Assembly: GCA_963695555.1 (NCBI GenBank)
Contig: CAVOGR010000004.1
Coordinates: forward strand, 64,001-128,000
Origin: an uncultured Gemmatimonadales bacterium
GTDB lineage: Bacteria; Gemmatimonadota; Gemmatimonadetes; Gemmatimonadales; GWC2-71-9
DNA: 64,000 bases
Reading direction: 5' to 3'
Shown here: piece by piece, positions 1 to 14,861 of the stretch
Layout of the letters: each line of letters begins with the position of its first letter
How positions within the stretch are numbered: position 1 is the stretch's first letter
Notes under the pieces: model-generated
Database searches by the model: none
What the model was told of the DNA's origin: nothing
What the model saw: only the letters and a program-made list of their open reading frames with translations
Translations under genes and position numbers: made by a program

Positions 1-1174
1 GCTGGCCCTCCTTTTGGGGCCGGCCGATGCCCCGCCGGCATCGCTGGTTGTTCTTACTCCTCGCGGTGAGACTCGCCTCGAAGTTCGCCAGGACATGACG
101 GGTGCGCCTCTCCTGTCCGCGCAGGAATTGACAGCGGCGTTGGACGGCGATCTCACCCGAAGCGATCCTTGGACCCGGCTCGTTGTCGCCCGCCAGACCT
201 TCGAGTTCCTGCTCGACGCTCCGCTCTATCGTTTCAACGACCGTCTCGAAACGCTGACCGCGTCGGCCACGGTCATTCGCGACACCGTCTACCTCCCCTT
301 CGAGTTCGTGTCGGAGGTGCTGCCGCGGTTCTTGAGCGAGCGCTATCGCTACGACGGTGCCTCCGTGCGTCTCGTCGAGACCGGCCTTGCCCGCCCGGCG
401 CCCGTGGCTGAACGGCTGCCCAGCGGCCTGCTCCCCGGTCATGTCGTGACCATCGACCCGGGTCACGGAGGGAGGCACCCCGGGAATCCGGGCAAATTCT
501 TCCCCGCGGGCGTCAAAGAAAAGCACGTTACGCTCGAGGTCGGCCTTCTGCTTCGGGATGAGCTCGTCCTGCGTGGGATCACCGTGCGGATGACTCGGAC
601 GTCCGATGCTTTTGTGGCTCTCGGCGACCGAGCGGCGCTCTGCTCGCGCGACTGTGACCTGTTCGTGAGCCTCCACGTGGACGCGCTGGATCCGCGACGC
701 CGCTCGGACTATCGATCCATCGGCGGGTTCTCCTCCTATATCATCGGCAACGAGAACACCGAAGACGCCGATCGGGTGGCCAGCGTCGAGAACGAGGCCC
801 TCCGATACGAAACTGCCGAGCAGGCGAACTCGAGGAGCGCGCTCGATTTCATCCTGCGTGACCTCCAGATGAACGAGTACCTGCGTGAGTCCGAACGCGC
901 GGGTGCGTTGATCCAAGAACGTATCGACCGGATCCACCCTGGAGAGAATCGCGGGGTCCATCAGTCGAATCGGCTTGCGGTTCTCAACCTTGGTCGAAGG
1001 CCCGCGGTCCTGTTCGAAATGGGGTACGCCACCAATCGTGAGGACGCGAAGTTCCTGACCACGCGTGCCCAGCAGAAGCGACTCGCCTCAGCCCTGGCCG
1101 ACGCAATCGTGGCCTATCTCCTCGAATTCGAGCGCAAGGTCGGCTTCGAGCAGGCGGCCCGTCCCGCACCGTGA
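1..1174 (+). CDS. N-acetylmuramoyl-L-alanine amidase (Amidase_3, AmiA/B/C family), 5' partial
   Basis: Zn-amidase motifs IDPGHGG, VKEKHVTL, FVSLHVD and LFEMGY. The frame is open from base 2 (LALLLGPAD, a signal-peptide tail), so the true start lies upstream of the window. Confidence 0.9.
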   Translation, partial: LALLLGPADAPPASLVVLTPRGETRLEVRQDMTGAPLLSAQELTAALDGDLTRSDPWTRLVVARQTFEFLLDAPLYRFNDRLETLTASATVIRDTVYLPFEFVSEVLPRFLSERYRYDGASVRLVETGLARPAPVAERLPSGLLPGHVVTIDPGHGGRHPGNPGKFFPAGVKEKHVTLEVGLLLRDELVLRGITVRMTRTSDAFVALGDRAALCSRDCDLFVSLHVDALDPRRRSDYRSIGGFSSYIIGNENTEDADRVASVENEALRYETAEQANSRSALDFILRDLQMNEYLRESERAGALIQERIDRIHPGENRGVHQSNRLAVLNLGRRPAVLFEMGYATNREDAKFLTTRAQQKRLASALADAIVAYLLEFERKVGFEQAARPAP

Positions 1175-2577
1175 GACGCGTCGCTGCCCTGACCCTGCTG
1201 ATCGCCGGTGCGGGGTGCGCCTACTACAACGGCATGTACAACGCCAACCGGCTGGCACGCGAAGCCGAGAAGGCGGAGCGGGAAGGTCGGGCGTTCCAGT
1301 CCGACGGATTGTGGGCGCAGGCAGCTGTGCGCGCCGAGTCGGTTCTGGTGCGCCACCCCGGGAGCAAGTGGGCCGACGACGCCATGTTGCTCCGGGGCAA
1401 GGCCTATAAGAAACGCAACGACTGTCCGTCGGCGATTCCTTCCCTTCAAGATGCGATCTTCTCCAGCCGCGACTCCGCCCTGGTAACCGAAGCGGCGCTC
1501 CTGCTGGGGGAATGCTATGTGGAGGTCGGCAACTACGACGCGGCCGACGCGGCGTTGCGCCGTGCGTATGGGACCGGAGATTCACTCGTCCTGTCACGTG
1601 TCCGCCGGACCCACGCCAAGGCGCTTACCCTGGCCGGAAGCTACGGGGAGGCGCTTGGGCTTTATCGCGACATCGAAGATCCCACTGCCGATGGGATTCG
1701 TCTCCAAGCCTTGGCCGGGGGGGGAAGTCTGGCTCACGCAGCCGCCCTCGCAGATTCACTTCTGGTGCGGCGCGATTCCACCGTGCCGTGGGATTCGGTA
1801 CTCGCGGTCACCGGACGGCGTGACGCCGTGGCGGCTTCGGCGCTGACGGACCGGCTGCTCAGAGAGCAGGAACTCCAACCCCAGGTTCGGGCGCGCTGGC
1901 TGTTCGGTGACGGCATGCGGTTGGCGCAGGTCGACACGGTGCGTGCCACCCAACGGTTGCAGGCGGCGGCCAGTGTTGGAGACCAACGCACTCCGTCGGG
2001 TTCTCAGGCGCGGCTCATGCTGGCTCGCCTCGCCCTGGCGCAGGTCGGCGAGGTCGGCCAGCTGGAGGCGCTCCAGCCGATGCTCGTCGAATTCCAGGAG
2101 CTCGGCGGTGCGGGCGGCTTCGAGGCCGGCCGGTTGCTGGCATCGGTCGACCGGGTGCGTCAGACCGCGGATTCTGTCGGCCCTGACACACCGCAGGGCG
2201 ACCTCGAATGGTTCTTGGCCGCGGAAACCGCACGAGATCTCCTGCAGGCGCCGGCACTGGCCAGCGGCCTGTTTCTGCGCCTGGCCGAGACCTGGCCGTC
2301 GTCGCCGTATGCGGCGAAGGCGCTGCTCGCCCTGGCGGATCTCCAACCCGCACTCGCCCCGGCTCTCCGCCAGCTCCTGATCTCGGGATACAGGCAGAGT
2401 CCGTATGTTGCCGCGATTTCCGGAACGGACGATCCGTCCTATCGCGTCCTCGAAGACTCGCTCAAGTCCTTCACCGCCTCGAGAGTCGGCTCCCGTCCCG
2501 ACCGGACGAGACCGGGACAACCGGATCGCCCGCGTCCCGATCAGGACCGGCGGCTGGGCGAAGATGACGTGCAATAG
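1171..2577 (+). CDS. TPR-like helical-repeat lipoprotein
   Basis: Lipobox GAG|C followed by AYYNGMYNA; SKWADDAMLLRGKAY; WPSSPYAAKALLA TPR-type motif; GTGA overlap with the upstream stop. Confidence 0.75.
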   Translation: MRRVAALTLLIAGAGCAYYNGMYNANRLAREAEKAEREGRAFQSDGLWAQAAVRAESVLVRHPGSKWADDAMLLRGKAYKKRNDCPSAIPSLQDAIFSSRDSALVTEAALLLGECYVEVGNYDAADAALRRAYGTGDSLVLSRVRRTHAKALTLAGSYGEALGLYRDIEDPTADGIRLQALAGGGSLAHAAALADSLLVRRDSTVPWDSVLAVTGRRDAVAASALTDRLLREQELQPQVRARWLFGDGMRLAQVDTVRATQRLQAAASVGDQRTPSGSQARLMLARLALAQVGEVGQLEALQPMLVEFQELGGAGGFEAGRLLASVDRVRQTADSVGPDTPQGDLEWFLAAETARDLLQAPALASGLFLRLAETWPSSPYAAKALLALADLQPALAPALRQLLISGYRQSPYVAAISGTDDPSYRVLEDSLKSFTASRVGSRPDRTRPGQPDRPRPDQDRRLGEDDVQ

Positions 2578-3458
2578 TGGATCGCCTGCCTGTTAGTCAC
2601 CATGTCTTCGGGCGGCAGTTTCACAATCCGATCGTTCTCGCCGCCGGCACGGCTGGTTTCGGCGTGGAGCTCGACGGCGTAATGAATCTGCGCCGCCTCG
2701 GCGGTGTGATCACCAAGTCCGTGTCGCTCGAACCGCGGAAAGGCAATCCGCGTCCACGGGTCGCCGAGTTTCATGGCGGGATGTTGAACTCCGTCGGATT
2801 GGCCAATCCGGGGGTCGACCGGGTGTGCACGGTGGAGCTGCCGGCCATGCTGGCACTCCTCCAGCACACCGCAGCCATCGTGAGCGTGGTGGGGTTCGTT
2901 CCCGAGGAGTACGCCCAGGTCGTGGCACGCCTGGAGCAGATTGACGGCATCGCAGCCTACGAACTCAACCTGTCATGCCCGAACACGGCGGCAGGCGGCA
3001 TCGAATTCGGCGCTGATCCGAGTGCGGTCAGCCACATCGTGTCGCTGGTCCGTACCGCGACCAGGCGGCCCATCATCGCGAAGCTTTCACCGGTGATCCC
3101 GGACATCCTGGCCCTGGCCCACGCCGCACGGTCAGCGGGCGCGGATGGAATCGCCCTGGTCAACACCATCCCCGGCTGGCTCTACCGCGACGGTGGCAGC
3201 ACGCGCCTCGGGGCGGGATTCGGCGGAATGAGCGGACCCGCGCTCCTGCCCGTTGGGGTCGCTGCGGTCCGGAAGGTCGCGACCGGGCTCCCGGGCTTTC
3301 CGGTCATCGGTGTTGGCGGTGTTTGCACGGCCAACGATGCGCGGCAGTATCTTGAAGCCGGCGCACAGTTGGTTGGTATCGGGACTGCAGCGCTCGCCGA
3401 CCCCCGGCTCCCTGAGCGAGTGGTGCGCAACTTGGGAGGCACGCAGTGGCTGAGTTGA
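2577..3458 (+). CDS. pyrD: dihydroorotate dehydrogenase, family 1B-like catalytic subunit
   Basis: GNPRPRVAE, MLNSVGLANPG, ELNLSCPN (catalytic Cys), AKLSP, VNT, GGMSG. Confidence 0.93.
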   Translation: MDRLPVSHHVFGRQFHNPIVLAAGTAGFGVELDGVMNLRRLGGVITKSVSLEPRKGNPRPRVAEFHGGMLNSVGLANPGVDRVCTVELPAMLALLQHTAAIVSVVGFVPEEYAQVVARLEQIDGIAAYELNLSCPNTAAGGIEFGADPSAVSHIVSLVRTATRRPIIAKLSPVIPDILALAHAARSAGADGIALVNTIPGWLYRDGGSTRLGAGFGGMSGPALLPVGVAAVRKVATGLPGFPVIGVGGVCTANDARQYLEAGAQLVGIGTAALADPRLPERVVRNLGGTQWLS

Positions 3459-4138
3459 TCGTCGCGCTCGATGTCAATCGAGGCCCCGACGCCCTTCGAT
3501 TGCTCGACCGATTGCCCCAGGCCCGCTGGGTCAAGGTCGGATCGCGCCTCATGACGCGGGAGGGTGGGAGCCTGCTGCGGCGGTTGACCGAGCGGGGGCT
3601 CCTCGTGTTTCTCGACCTGAAGTGGCACGACATTCCCCATACGGTAGCCGGCGCGGTCGAAACGGCGCAGGAGATCGGGGTGCGGATGGCGACGATCCAC
3701 GCGCTGGGAGGCGCGGAGATGCTCGCGGCTGCGGCTCAAGCCGCTCACTCATTGTCGCTCATTGCAGTCACCGTACTCACCTCTCATGACGCCGAATCGT
3801 ATGGAGCGGCTCTCGGCCGGAGCGCCCTGTCCGTCGATGAGGAGGTCGCGCGACTCACGCGGGCCACGTTTGCGGCCGGCCTTGCCGGTGTGGTCTGCTC
3901 GGCGCACGAGGTCCGCGCCGCCCGGAGCGCGCTCGGGCCAGCGGGCCTCATCGTGGTGCCGGGCATCCGGCGCACCGGTGATCCCTCGGGTGATCAACGG
4001 CGCATTGCGACGCCGCGGCAGGCCGTGTCCGATGGGGCCACGCATCTGGTCGTCGGCCGGCCCCTGCTCGCGGCCCGGGACCCGGCCGGCGTGTTCCGGC
4101 AGATGAAGGAAGAGGTGGAAGCATGCGGCCAGCCCTAG
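3446..4138 (+). CDS. pyrF: orotidine-5'-phosphate decarboxylase
   Basis: LIVALD, FLDLKWHDIPHTV signature, VTVLTS, VPGIR, DQRR, VVGRP; SD GGAGG. Confidence 0.96.
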   Translation: MAELIVALDVNRGPDALRLLDRLPQARWVKVGSRLMTREGGSLLRRLTERGLLVFLDLKWHDIPHTVAGAVETAQEIGVRMATIHALGGAEMLAAAAQAAHSLSLIAVTVLTSHDAESYGAALGRSALSVDEEVARLTRATFAAGLAGVVCSAHEVRAARSALGPAGLIVVPGIRRTGDPSGDQRRIATPRQAVSDGATHLVVGRPLLAARDPAGVFRQMKEEVEACGQP

Positions 4139-4542
4139 GCCTGCTGGTGCTCGGGGCCGCCTTGGGCGCTCCGCCGCTCGCCGGGCAGGAGAGCCTGGGC
4201 GCCCTGGCAGAGAACGCCCGTCAGGCGCTGGAGAGGCAGGATCCGGCCGTTCTCATAGGGCAAAGCCGCCGGCTCTTGGTCCAGCTGCCCGAGGCCGATC
4301 CCTCGGCACCAGTCGATCGGGCGCAGGCGGTGGCCCTGCTGGAGGGCTTCCTTCGGGGCACGGAGGGCGCCGGAACCACGATCCGGGCGGCCCGGCGGGT
4401 CACCCCGGAGACGGGCTACGTGGAGCTGACCCGTCGGTTCCGGGTGGTCGGAACGGCGGAGATTCGCCGCCAGACGGTGCTCCTCAGCTTCCGTCGCCGC
4501 GGGGAGGGCTGGCAGCTGGTGGAGGTGCGGGTGTCCAGCTAG
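4123..4542 (+). CDS. secreted hypothetical protein, possibly NTF2-like (DUF4783-like)
   Basis: Signal peptide ending PLAG|Q; C-terminal GWQLVEVR strand typical of NTF2-like folds; family assignment tentative. Confidence 0.55.
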   Translation: MRPALGLLVLGAALGAPPLAGQESLGALAENARQALERQDPAVLIGQSRRLLVQLPEADPSAPVDRAQAVALLEGFLRGTEGAGTTIRAARRVTPETGYVELTRRFRVVGTAEIRRQTVLLSFRRRGEGWQLVEVRVSS

Positions 4543-4548
4543 TCCGGG

Positions 4549-4577
4549 TTGCGTGCTGCACGTAGGCTCTCTATATT
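4549..4577 (+). promoter_or_regulatory. sigma70-type promoter of the rpmJ-alpha operon
   Basis: TTGCGT-N17-TATATT, ending 38 nt before the rpmJ start. Confidence 0.65.
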
Positions 4578-4615
4578 TTCATGCTAGTCCCAAAACTGGC
4601 TCTGGAGAGTCCTAA

Positions 4616-4732
4616 GTGAAGGTCCGAACCAGCGTTAAGCCCATCTGCGAGCATTGCAAAGTGATCCGTCGTCAAGGCGTCATACGGATCATCTGCAAGC
4701 GCAATCCCAAACACAAGCAACGGCAGGGCTAG
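4616..4732 (+). CDS. rpmJ: 50S ribosomal protein L36 (Zn-binding form); absent from the ORF track
   Basis: GTG start; translates [44 protein letters not shown]. Confidence 0.97.
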   Translation: MKVRTSVKPICEHCKVIRRQGVIRIICKRNPKHKQRQG

Positions 4733-4735
4733 TCA

Positions 4736-5116
4736 ATGGCTCGTATCGCTGGCGTGGATCTTCCCCGCGAGAAGCGCGTCGAAGTCGCCCTCACCTACAT
4801 CCATGGTGTGGGCCGGTCGACCAGCGCCAACATCCTCGCCGACACCGGCGTGTCTCCGGATACGCGCGTGCGCGATCTCTCGGACGCGGAAGTCGCGCGA
4901 TTGCGGCAGTTCATCGACCGGTCCGTCAGGGTCGAGGGAGCGCTCCGCACCGAAGTCGCCATGAACATCAAGCGCCTGATGGACATCGGCAGCTATCGCG
5001 GGGTGCGACATCGCCGCGGGCTTCCGGTCCGAGGGCAGCGAACCCACACTAACGCCCGCACGAAGAAGGGGCCGCGCCGCGCGATCGCGGGCAAGAAGAA
5101 GCTAACCAAGAAGTAA
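4736..5116 (+). CDS. rpsM: 30S ribosomal protein S13
   Basis: [10 protein letters not shown]...[26 protein letters not shown]. Confidence 0.98.
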   Translation: MARIAGVDLPREKRVEVALTYIHGVGRSTSANILADTGVSPDTRVRDLSDAEVARLRQFIDRSVRVEGALRTEVAMNIKRLMDIGSYRGVRHRRGLPVRGQRTHTNARTKKGPRRAIAGKKKLTKK

Positions 5117-5124
5117 TCCAACGC

Positions 5125-5523
5125 ATGGCAAATGGAACGGATAAGCCGTCGGTAGGTCGACGCGCCAAGAAAGTCGTCGAGGCCGAGGGCATCGCCCACA
5201 TCTGCGCGACCTTCAACAACGTGCTGATCACGATCAGTGACCTGCAGGGCAACACCGTCACGTGGGGATCCGCCGGGAAGGCCGGATTCAAGGGGTCCAA
5301 GAAGTCGACCCCATTCGCGGCGACCGTGGCCTCGGAACAGTGTGCCCGCGAGGCGGTGAACTTGGGCGTCAAGCGAGTCCACGTGCGAGTCCAGGGTCCG
5401 GGCAGTGGTCGCGAGTCGGCCATTCAGGCATTGGCATCGGCAGGGCTCAAGGTCATGTCCATCCGCGACGTGACGCCCATTCCGCACAACGGCTGTCGTC
5501 CTCCCAAGAAGCGGCGGGTCTGA
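5125..5523 (+). CDS. rpsK: 30S ribosomal protein S11
   Basis: [43 protein letters not shown]. Confidence 0.98.
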   Translation: MANGTDKPSVGRRAKKVVEAEGIAHICATFNNVLITISDLQGNTVTWGSAGKAGFKGSKKSTPFAATVASEQCAREAVNLGVKRVHVRVQGPGSGRESAIQALASAGLKVMSIRDVTPIPHNGCRPPKKRRV

Positions 5524-5526
5524 CCC

Positions 5527-6162
5527 ATGGCGCGATACACGGGTCCGAGCTGCCGGCTGTGCCGGAGAGAAGGCGCCAAGCTGTTCCTCAAGGGAACGCG
5601 GTGCCTGACTGAGAAGTGCGCCATCGAGCGGCGGGCCTATCCGGCCGGCCAGCACGGCCAGGGCACCGGGCGGCCTCGCAAGCAGTCCGAGTATGCGCGC
5701 CAGCTCAGGGAAAAGCAGAAGGTGAAGCGGACGTACGGGTTGTCGGAAAATCAGTTCCGCAACCTGTTCGACCGGATTTCGCGCGAGCCCGGGGTGACGG
5801 GTACGAACCTGCTCGTGGCGTTGGAGTCCCGACTCGACAACCTGGTGTACCGGATGGGATTTGCCGTGAGCCGCAAGGCGGCGCGCCAATTGGTGCGGCA
5901 CGGCCACGTCGAGGTCAATGGCCGGAGGGTCGATGTGCCGTCGTTCCGGGTGGAGCCGGGCCAGGAGGTCCGGGTGTCCCAGGCGAGCCGTGATCTCGTC
6001 GCCGTGAAGGCGGCTCAGGACTTCGCAGCCCGCGGGGCTCCGGTGCCCTGGCTCACGATCGATGCCGACAAGGCGGCCGGGCGATACGTCGAGCGGCCCA
6101 CTCGTGACGCGATTCCCACCACGGCGCAAGAGCAGCTCATCGTCGAACTCTACTCCAAGTAG
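5527..6162 (+). CDS. rpsD: 30S ribosomal protein S4 (Zn-binding form)
   Basis: MARYTGPSCRLCRREG, YPAGQHG, LESRLDNLVYR, LIVELYSK. Confidence 0.98.
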   Translation: MARYTGPSCRLCRREGAKLFLKGTRCLTEKCAIERRAYPAGQHGQGTGRPRKQSEYARQLREKQKVKRTYGLSENQFRNLFDRISREPGVTGTNLLVALESRLDNLVYRMGFAVSRKAARQLVRHGHVEVNGRRVDVPSFRVEPGQEVRVSQASRDLVAVKAAQDFAARGAPVPWLTIDADKAAGRYVERPTRDAIPTTAQEQLIVELYSK

Positions 6163-6173
6163 TGAAGGACCTC

Positions 6174-7250
6174 ATGACCATCGATTTGACCGGCTTGGTT
6201 CGTCCCCATCTGGTAGAAATGGCAAAGCGGGACGACAATCCGAATGCCGCGGAATTCAGGCTTCAGCCGCTCGAACGCGGGTTCGGCTACACCCTGGGCA
6301 ACGGCCTGCGCCGGCTGCTCTTGTCGTCGTTGCGCGGCACGGCCGTGTGGGGAATGCGGATGGACGGCGTGGTCCACGAGCACCAAACGGTCCAGGGCGT
6401 GCTGGAGGATGTCCACCAGATCATCCAGCGGCTCAAGGCGTTGACGTTGGTGTTGAGCGAGGACGTGCACGAGGCCGTGCTAACGGTCAAGCGAGACGGC
6501 CCCGGCCCGGTCTATGCCCGAGACATCGACCTGCATTCCGCCGTCGAGATCGGCAACCCGGACCACCTGTTGTTCACCGTTCAGGAAGACCGTGAGGTGT
6601 CGGCCGAGCTGTACGTGAACAAGGGCCGCGGGTATGTCGAAGCGGAGTTCCACGAAGTCGACCGGTCCTTGCCGGTGGATTTGGTCCGCATCGATTCGAT
6701 TTACAATCCGGTCCTGCGGGCTAATTTCTCGGTGGCGGAGACCCGTGTCGGCCAACGGACGGACTACGATCGATTGACGGTATTCGTCGAGACCAACGGT
6801 ACGCTCAGCCCGGAAGACGCCATCGCCTACGCCGCCGCGCTCGCGCAGGAGCATTTCCAGTACTTCCGGGACTTCGGCCGTGTGCCCTTGGCACCGGAGC
6901 CGGAGGAGCCCTTCGAGGCCGGCCACGGCGTCGACCTCGCGTCGCGCTTGACGCAGCCCATCGACGATCTCGGACTATCGGTGCGAGCGTTGAATTCGCT
7001 CAAGAATTCCAGTATTCGCAGCCTGAAGGATCTCGTCGAGCTCTCGGAAGAAGATCTGCTCAAGGTCAAGAATGTCGGGGAGAAGGCGTTGACCGAGATC
7101 GGTGAGCTTCTCGAGCGCGAGGGGTTCAACTTCCGGATGGTGTTCGAATCGGATGGGGAGACGCTTCGGGTCGTCGATCCCGGCGTGGCGCCTACCGCCC
7201 GGATTGCAGGGCCCGCCGAAGACGAGACCTCCGAAGAGGTCGAGGCCTAA
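6174..7250 (+). CDS. rpoA: RNA polymerase alpha subunit
   Basis: PLERGFGYTLGNGLRRLLLSS, RVGQRTDYDRL, alphaCTD LSVRALNSLK. ATG 6174 preferred; alternative GTG 6162. Confidence 0.97.
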   Translation: MTIDLTGLVRPHLVEMAKRDDNPNAAEFRLQPLERGFGYTLGNGLRRLLLSSLRGTAVWGMRMDGVVHEHQTVQGVLEDVHQIIQRLKALTLVLSEDVHEAVLTVKRDGPGPVYARDIDLHSAVEIGNPDHLLFTVQEDREVSAELYVNKGRGYVEAEFHEVDRSLPVDLVRIDSIYNPVLRANFSVAETRVGQRTDYDRLTVFVETNGTLSPEDAIAYAAALAQEHFQYFRDFGRVPLAPEPEEPFEAGHGVDLASRLTQPIDDLGLSVRALNSLKNSSIRSLKDLVELSEEDLLKVKNVGEKALTEIGELLEREGFNFRMVFESDGETLRVVDPGVAPTARIAGPAEDETSEEVEA

Positions 7251-7252
7251 CC

Positions 7253-7609
7253 ATGCGGCATCGTGTCAAGGGCAGGCAGCTGTCACGGACGGCGAGCCAC
7301 CGACGGGCGCTTCTCAGGAACATGGCCACCAGCCTCTTCCGGCATGACCGAGTGGTGACGACCGAAGCGAAGGCGAAGGAGCTGCGTCCCTACGCTGAGC
7401 GCCTCATCACGCTCGCGAGGCGAGGCGACCTCCATGCGCGTCGGCAGGCTGAGCGCCGAATCCGTGACAGGGAAACCCTCCACCGGTTGTTCGCGGAGAT
7501 CGGTCCCCGCTTCGCGTCGCGTCCCGGCGGTTACACCCGCATTCTCAAGTTGGGTCACCGCAAGGGAGACGGAGCCGAGTTGGCCCGAATCGAGCTGCTG
7601 TCGGAGTGA
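7253..7609 (+). CDS. rplQ: 50S ribosomal protein L17
   Basis: MRHRVKGRQLSRTASHRRALLRN, RPGGYTRILKLG. Confidence 0.98.
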   Translation: MRHRVKGRQLSRTASHRRALLRNMATSLFRHDRVVTTEAKAKELRPYAERLITLARRGDLHARRQAERRIRDRETLHRLFAEIGPRFASRPGGYTRILKLGHRKGDGAELARIELLSE

Positions 7610-7636
7610 CTCACCCCGACGTGGTCAGAGAGAAAC

Positions 7637-7666
7637 AAAAAGGGGACCTTCGGGTCCCCTTTCTTT
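7637..7666. terminator. bidirectional intrinsic terminator between convergent rplQ and rpmB
   Basis: AAAAAGGGGACC-TTCG-GGTCCCCTTTCTTT: stem with a C(UUCG)G tetraloop and U tracts on both strands. Confidence 0.88.
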
Positions 7667-7689
7667 GCCTCGGCGTGCGTCCCGGCGTG

Positions 7690-7881
7690 TCAGCCCGCCT
7701 TGACGATCTTCTGGCTCCGGATGCATCGGGTGCACACCCGAACTCGTTTCGGCTGGCCCTGGACCACGACGCGCACGGTCTGCAGATTCGGGTTCCAGCG
7801 CCGCTTGGTGCGGTTGTTGGCGTGGCTCTTGTTGTGGCCGGTCGTCGGCCCCTTCCCACACACGGAACACACCCGTGCCAT
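7690..7881 (-). CDS. rpmB: 50S ribosomal protein L28 (Zn-binding form)
   Basis: [34 protein letters not shown]...CTRCIRS. Confidence 0.97.
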   Translation of the reverse strand: MARVCSVCGKGPTTGHNKSHANNRTKRRWNPNLQTVRVVVQGQPKRVRVCTRCIRSQKIVKAG

Positions 7882-7932
7882 ACGATCCTTCCTTCCGTTG
7901 GTCCGAATCGACTAGAATCGGAGAAGACGGCA

Positions 7933-13136
<5,204 letters not shown>

Positions 13137-13140
<4 letters not shown>

Positions 13141-14141
13141 CGGCTAGAAATCCGGCCTTCGCCAAGGGGCTTCGTGAGGTCATCACGGGAGAGGTGTTGA
13201 CCGAGGCACCACTCGCGCGCTTCTCCACGTTTCGAATTGGTGGGCCGGCGACGATCGCCCTCCCGGCCAGCGTGGCCGATGTCGAGGCCGCACTGCACTT
13301 GGCTCGCCGCGTGGGCGTGCCGTGGTTCGTGCTGGGCTTGGGTTCCAACGTGCTGCTGCCCGATCAAGGGCTCGACGCGCTCGTGATCCGGTTCGGGAAG
13401 GGAATGGACGCTATCCGGTCTGAGGGCGAGCGGTGGTGGTTCGGTGCCGGGCTCCCGGCGCCGCTGGCCGCTCGTCGCACTGCCGCGGCGGGGTGGGGCG
13501 GGCTCCACACCATGGTCGGGGTGCCCGGCACGGTCGGAGGCGGGGTGTACATGAACGCCGGGTGTCATGGGTCGGAGTGGTCGCAGGTCGTGGCCCGGGT
13601 CACCGTGATGGAGGCCGACGGCCGGACCGCTGTGCTCGAACGCGCGGCCATTCCGTTTCAGTATCGCTGGAGCGGCCTCGAACAGAAGATCGTACTGGAG
13701 GCCGAGGTCACCCTCGCCGCCGCCGATCCCGACCTGCTCCAGCGTCGGACGAATGAGCTCTTCAAGTGGCGGCAGGAGGGGACTCCGTTCAACCAGCCGT
13801 GTTGCGGAAGTACCTTCAAGAACCCGGCTCTTCCGCCGGGCGGTCACCCGAGCGGCCTCTCGACGGCGGGGCAATTTCTTGATGCGGCCGGCCTCAAGGG
13901 CTTCACGATCGGCGGGGTCCAGATCTCCCCTGTGCATGCGAACTATTTTGTCAATCTCGGCGGTGGCACCGCGGCGGACGTCCAGACGCTGATCGAGCAT
14001 GCCCGCGAGCGAGTGGCCGAGCGGTTCGGTGTCGTGCTGGACACGGAAGTCAAATTGGTCGCAGCCGACGGGACCTACGCCACGGTGGGCCCGGCCAGCG
14101 TGCCCGGTAGCCGGCCACGTCCTATCCGTCCAGTCTCATGA
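13137..14141 (+). CDS. murB: UDP-N-acetylenolpyruvoylglucosamine reductase
   Basis: [48 protein letters not shown]. Confidence 0.96.
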
Positions 14142-14156
14142 ACCTCAAGGAATCCC

Positions 14157-14747
14157 ATGGCAGATTTCTACGCGCATGAGTCGAGCTACGTCGACGCGGG
14201 TGCACGCATCGGCCAGGGTACCAAGATCTGGCACTTTTGCCATATCATGCCTGGCGCGGTCATCGGGTCCGGCTCGACGCTTGGCCAGAATGTCGTGGTC
14301 ATGCCGGGGACCGTGATCGGCAACAATGTGAAGATCCAGAATAACGTCTCGATTTACGAAGGGGTGATTCTGGAGGACGACACATTTTGCGGCCCCAGTT
14401 GTGTGTTCACAAACGTGCTCAACCCCAGAAGTCACATTTCCCGCAAACATGAGTTTCAGCGCACGCTCGTCCGGCGCGGCTCCACGATCGGCGCGAACGC
14501 CACCATCGTCTGCGGCATCACGCTTGGTGAATACAGCTTCATCGGTGCGGGAGCGGTGGTCACGAGCGACGTGCCGGCGTTTGGGTTGATGCTGGGAGTG
14601 CCCGCCCGCCGGGTCGGGTGGATGTGCCGCTGCGGTGACCGGCTTCCCCTCGGCGATACGGCGACGGTGTGCGGCGCCTGCGGGACTACGTATGAGGAAC
14701 GCGACGGTGGGCTTCACCTCGTTGACCCTCCCTCCGGGAGCCGCTAG
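14157..14747 (+). CDS. wbpD: left-handed beta-helix N-acetyltransferase, WbpD/WlbB-like
   Basis: [48 protein letters not shown] plus C-terminal CxxC. Confidence 0.85.
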   Translation: MADFYAHESSYVDAGARIGQGTKIWHFCHIMPGAVIGSGSTLGQNVVVMPGTVIGNNVKIQNNVSIYEGVILEDDTFCGPSCVFTNVLNPRSHISRKHEFQRTLVRRGSTIGANATIVCGITLGEYSFIGAGAVVTSDVPAFGLMLGVPARRVGWMCRCGDRLPLGDTATVCGACGTTYEERDGGLHLVDPPSGSR

Positions 14748-14861
14748 TTTTGGGGCCCGATCGAGCCCGATGAGTGTGCTCATGCCCGTGCCCCGCGGCG
14801 GTTGAGGGTGGTGCGGGCCTTTCCGTTGCCTGAGGGTGGGGCCTTGCTGAGGGAGACTCCA

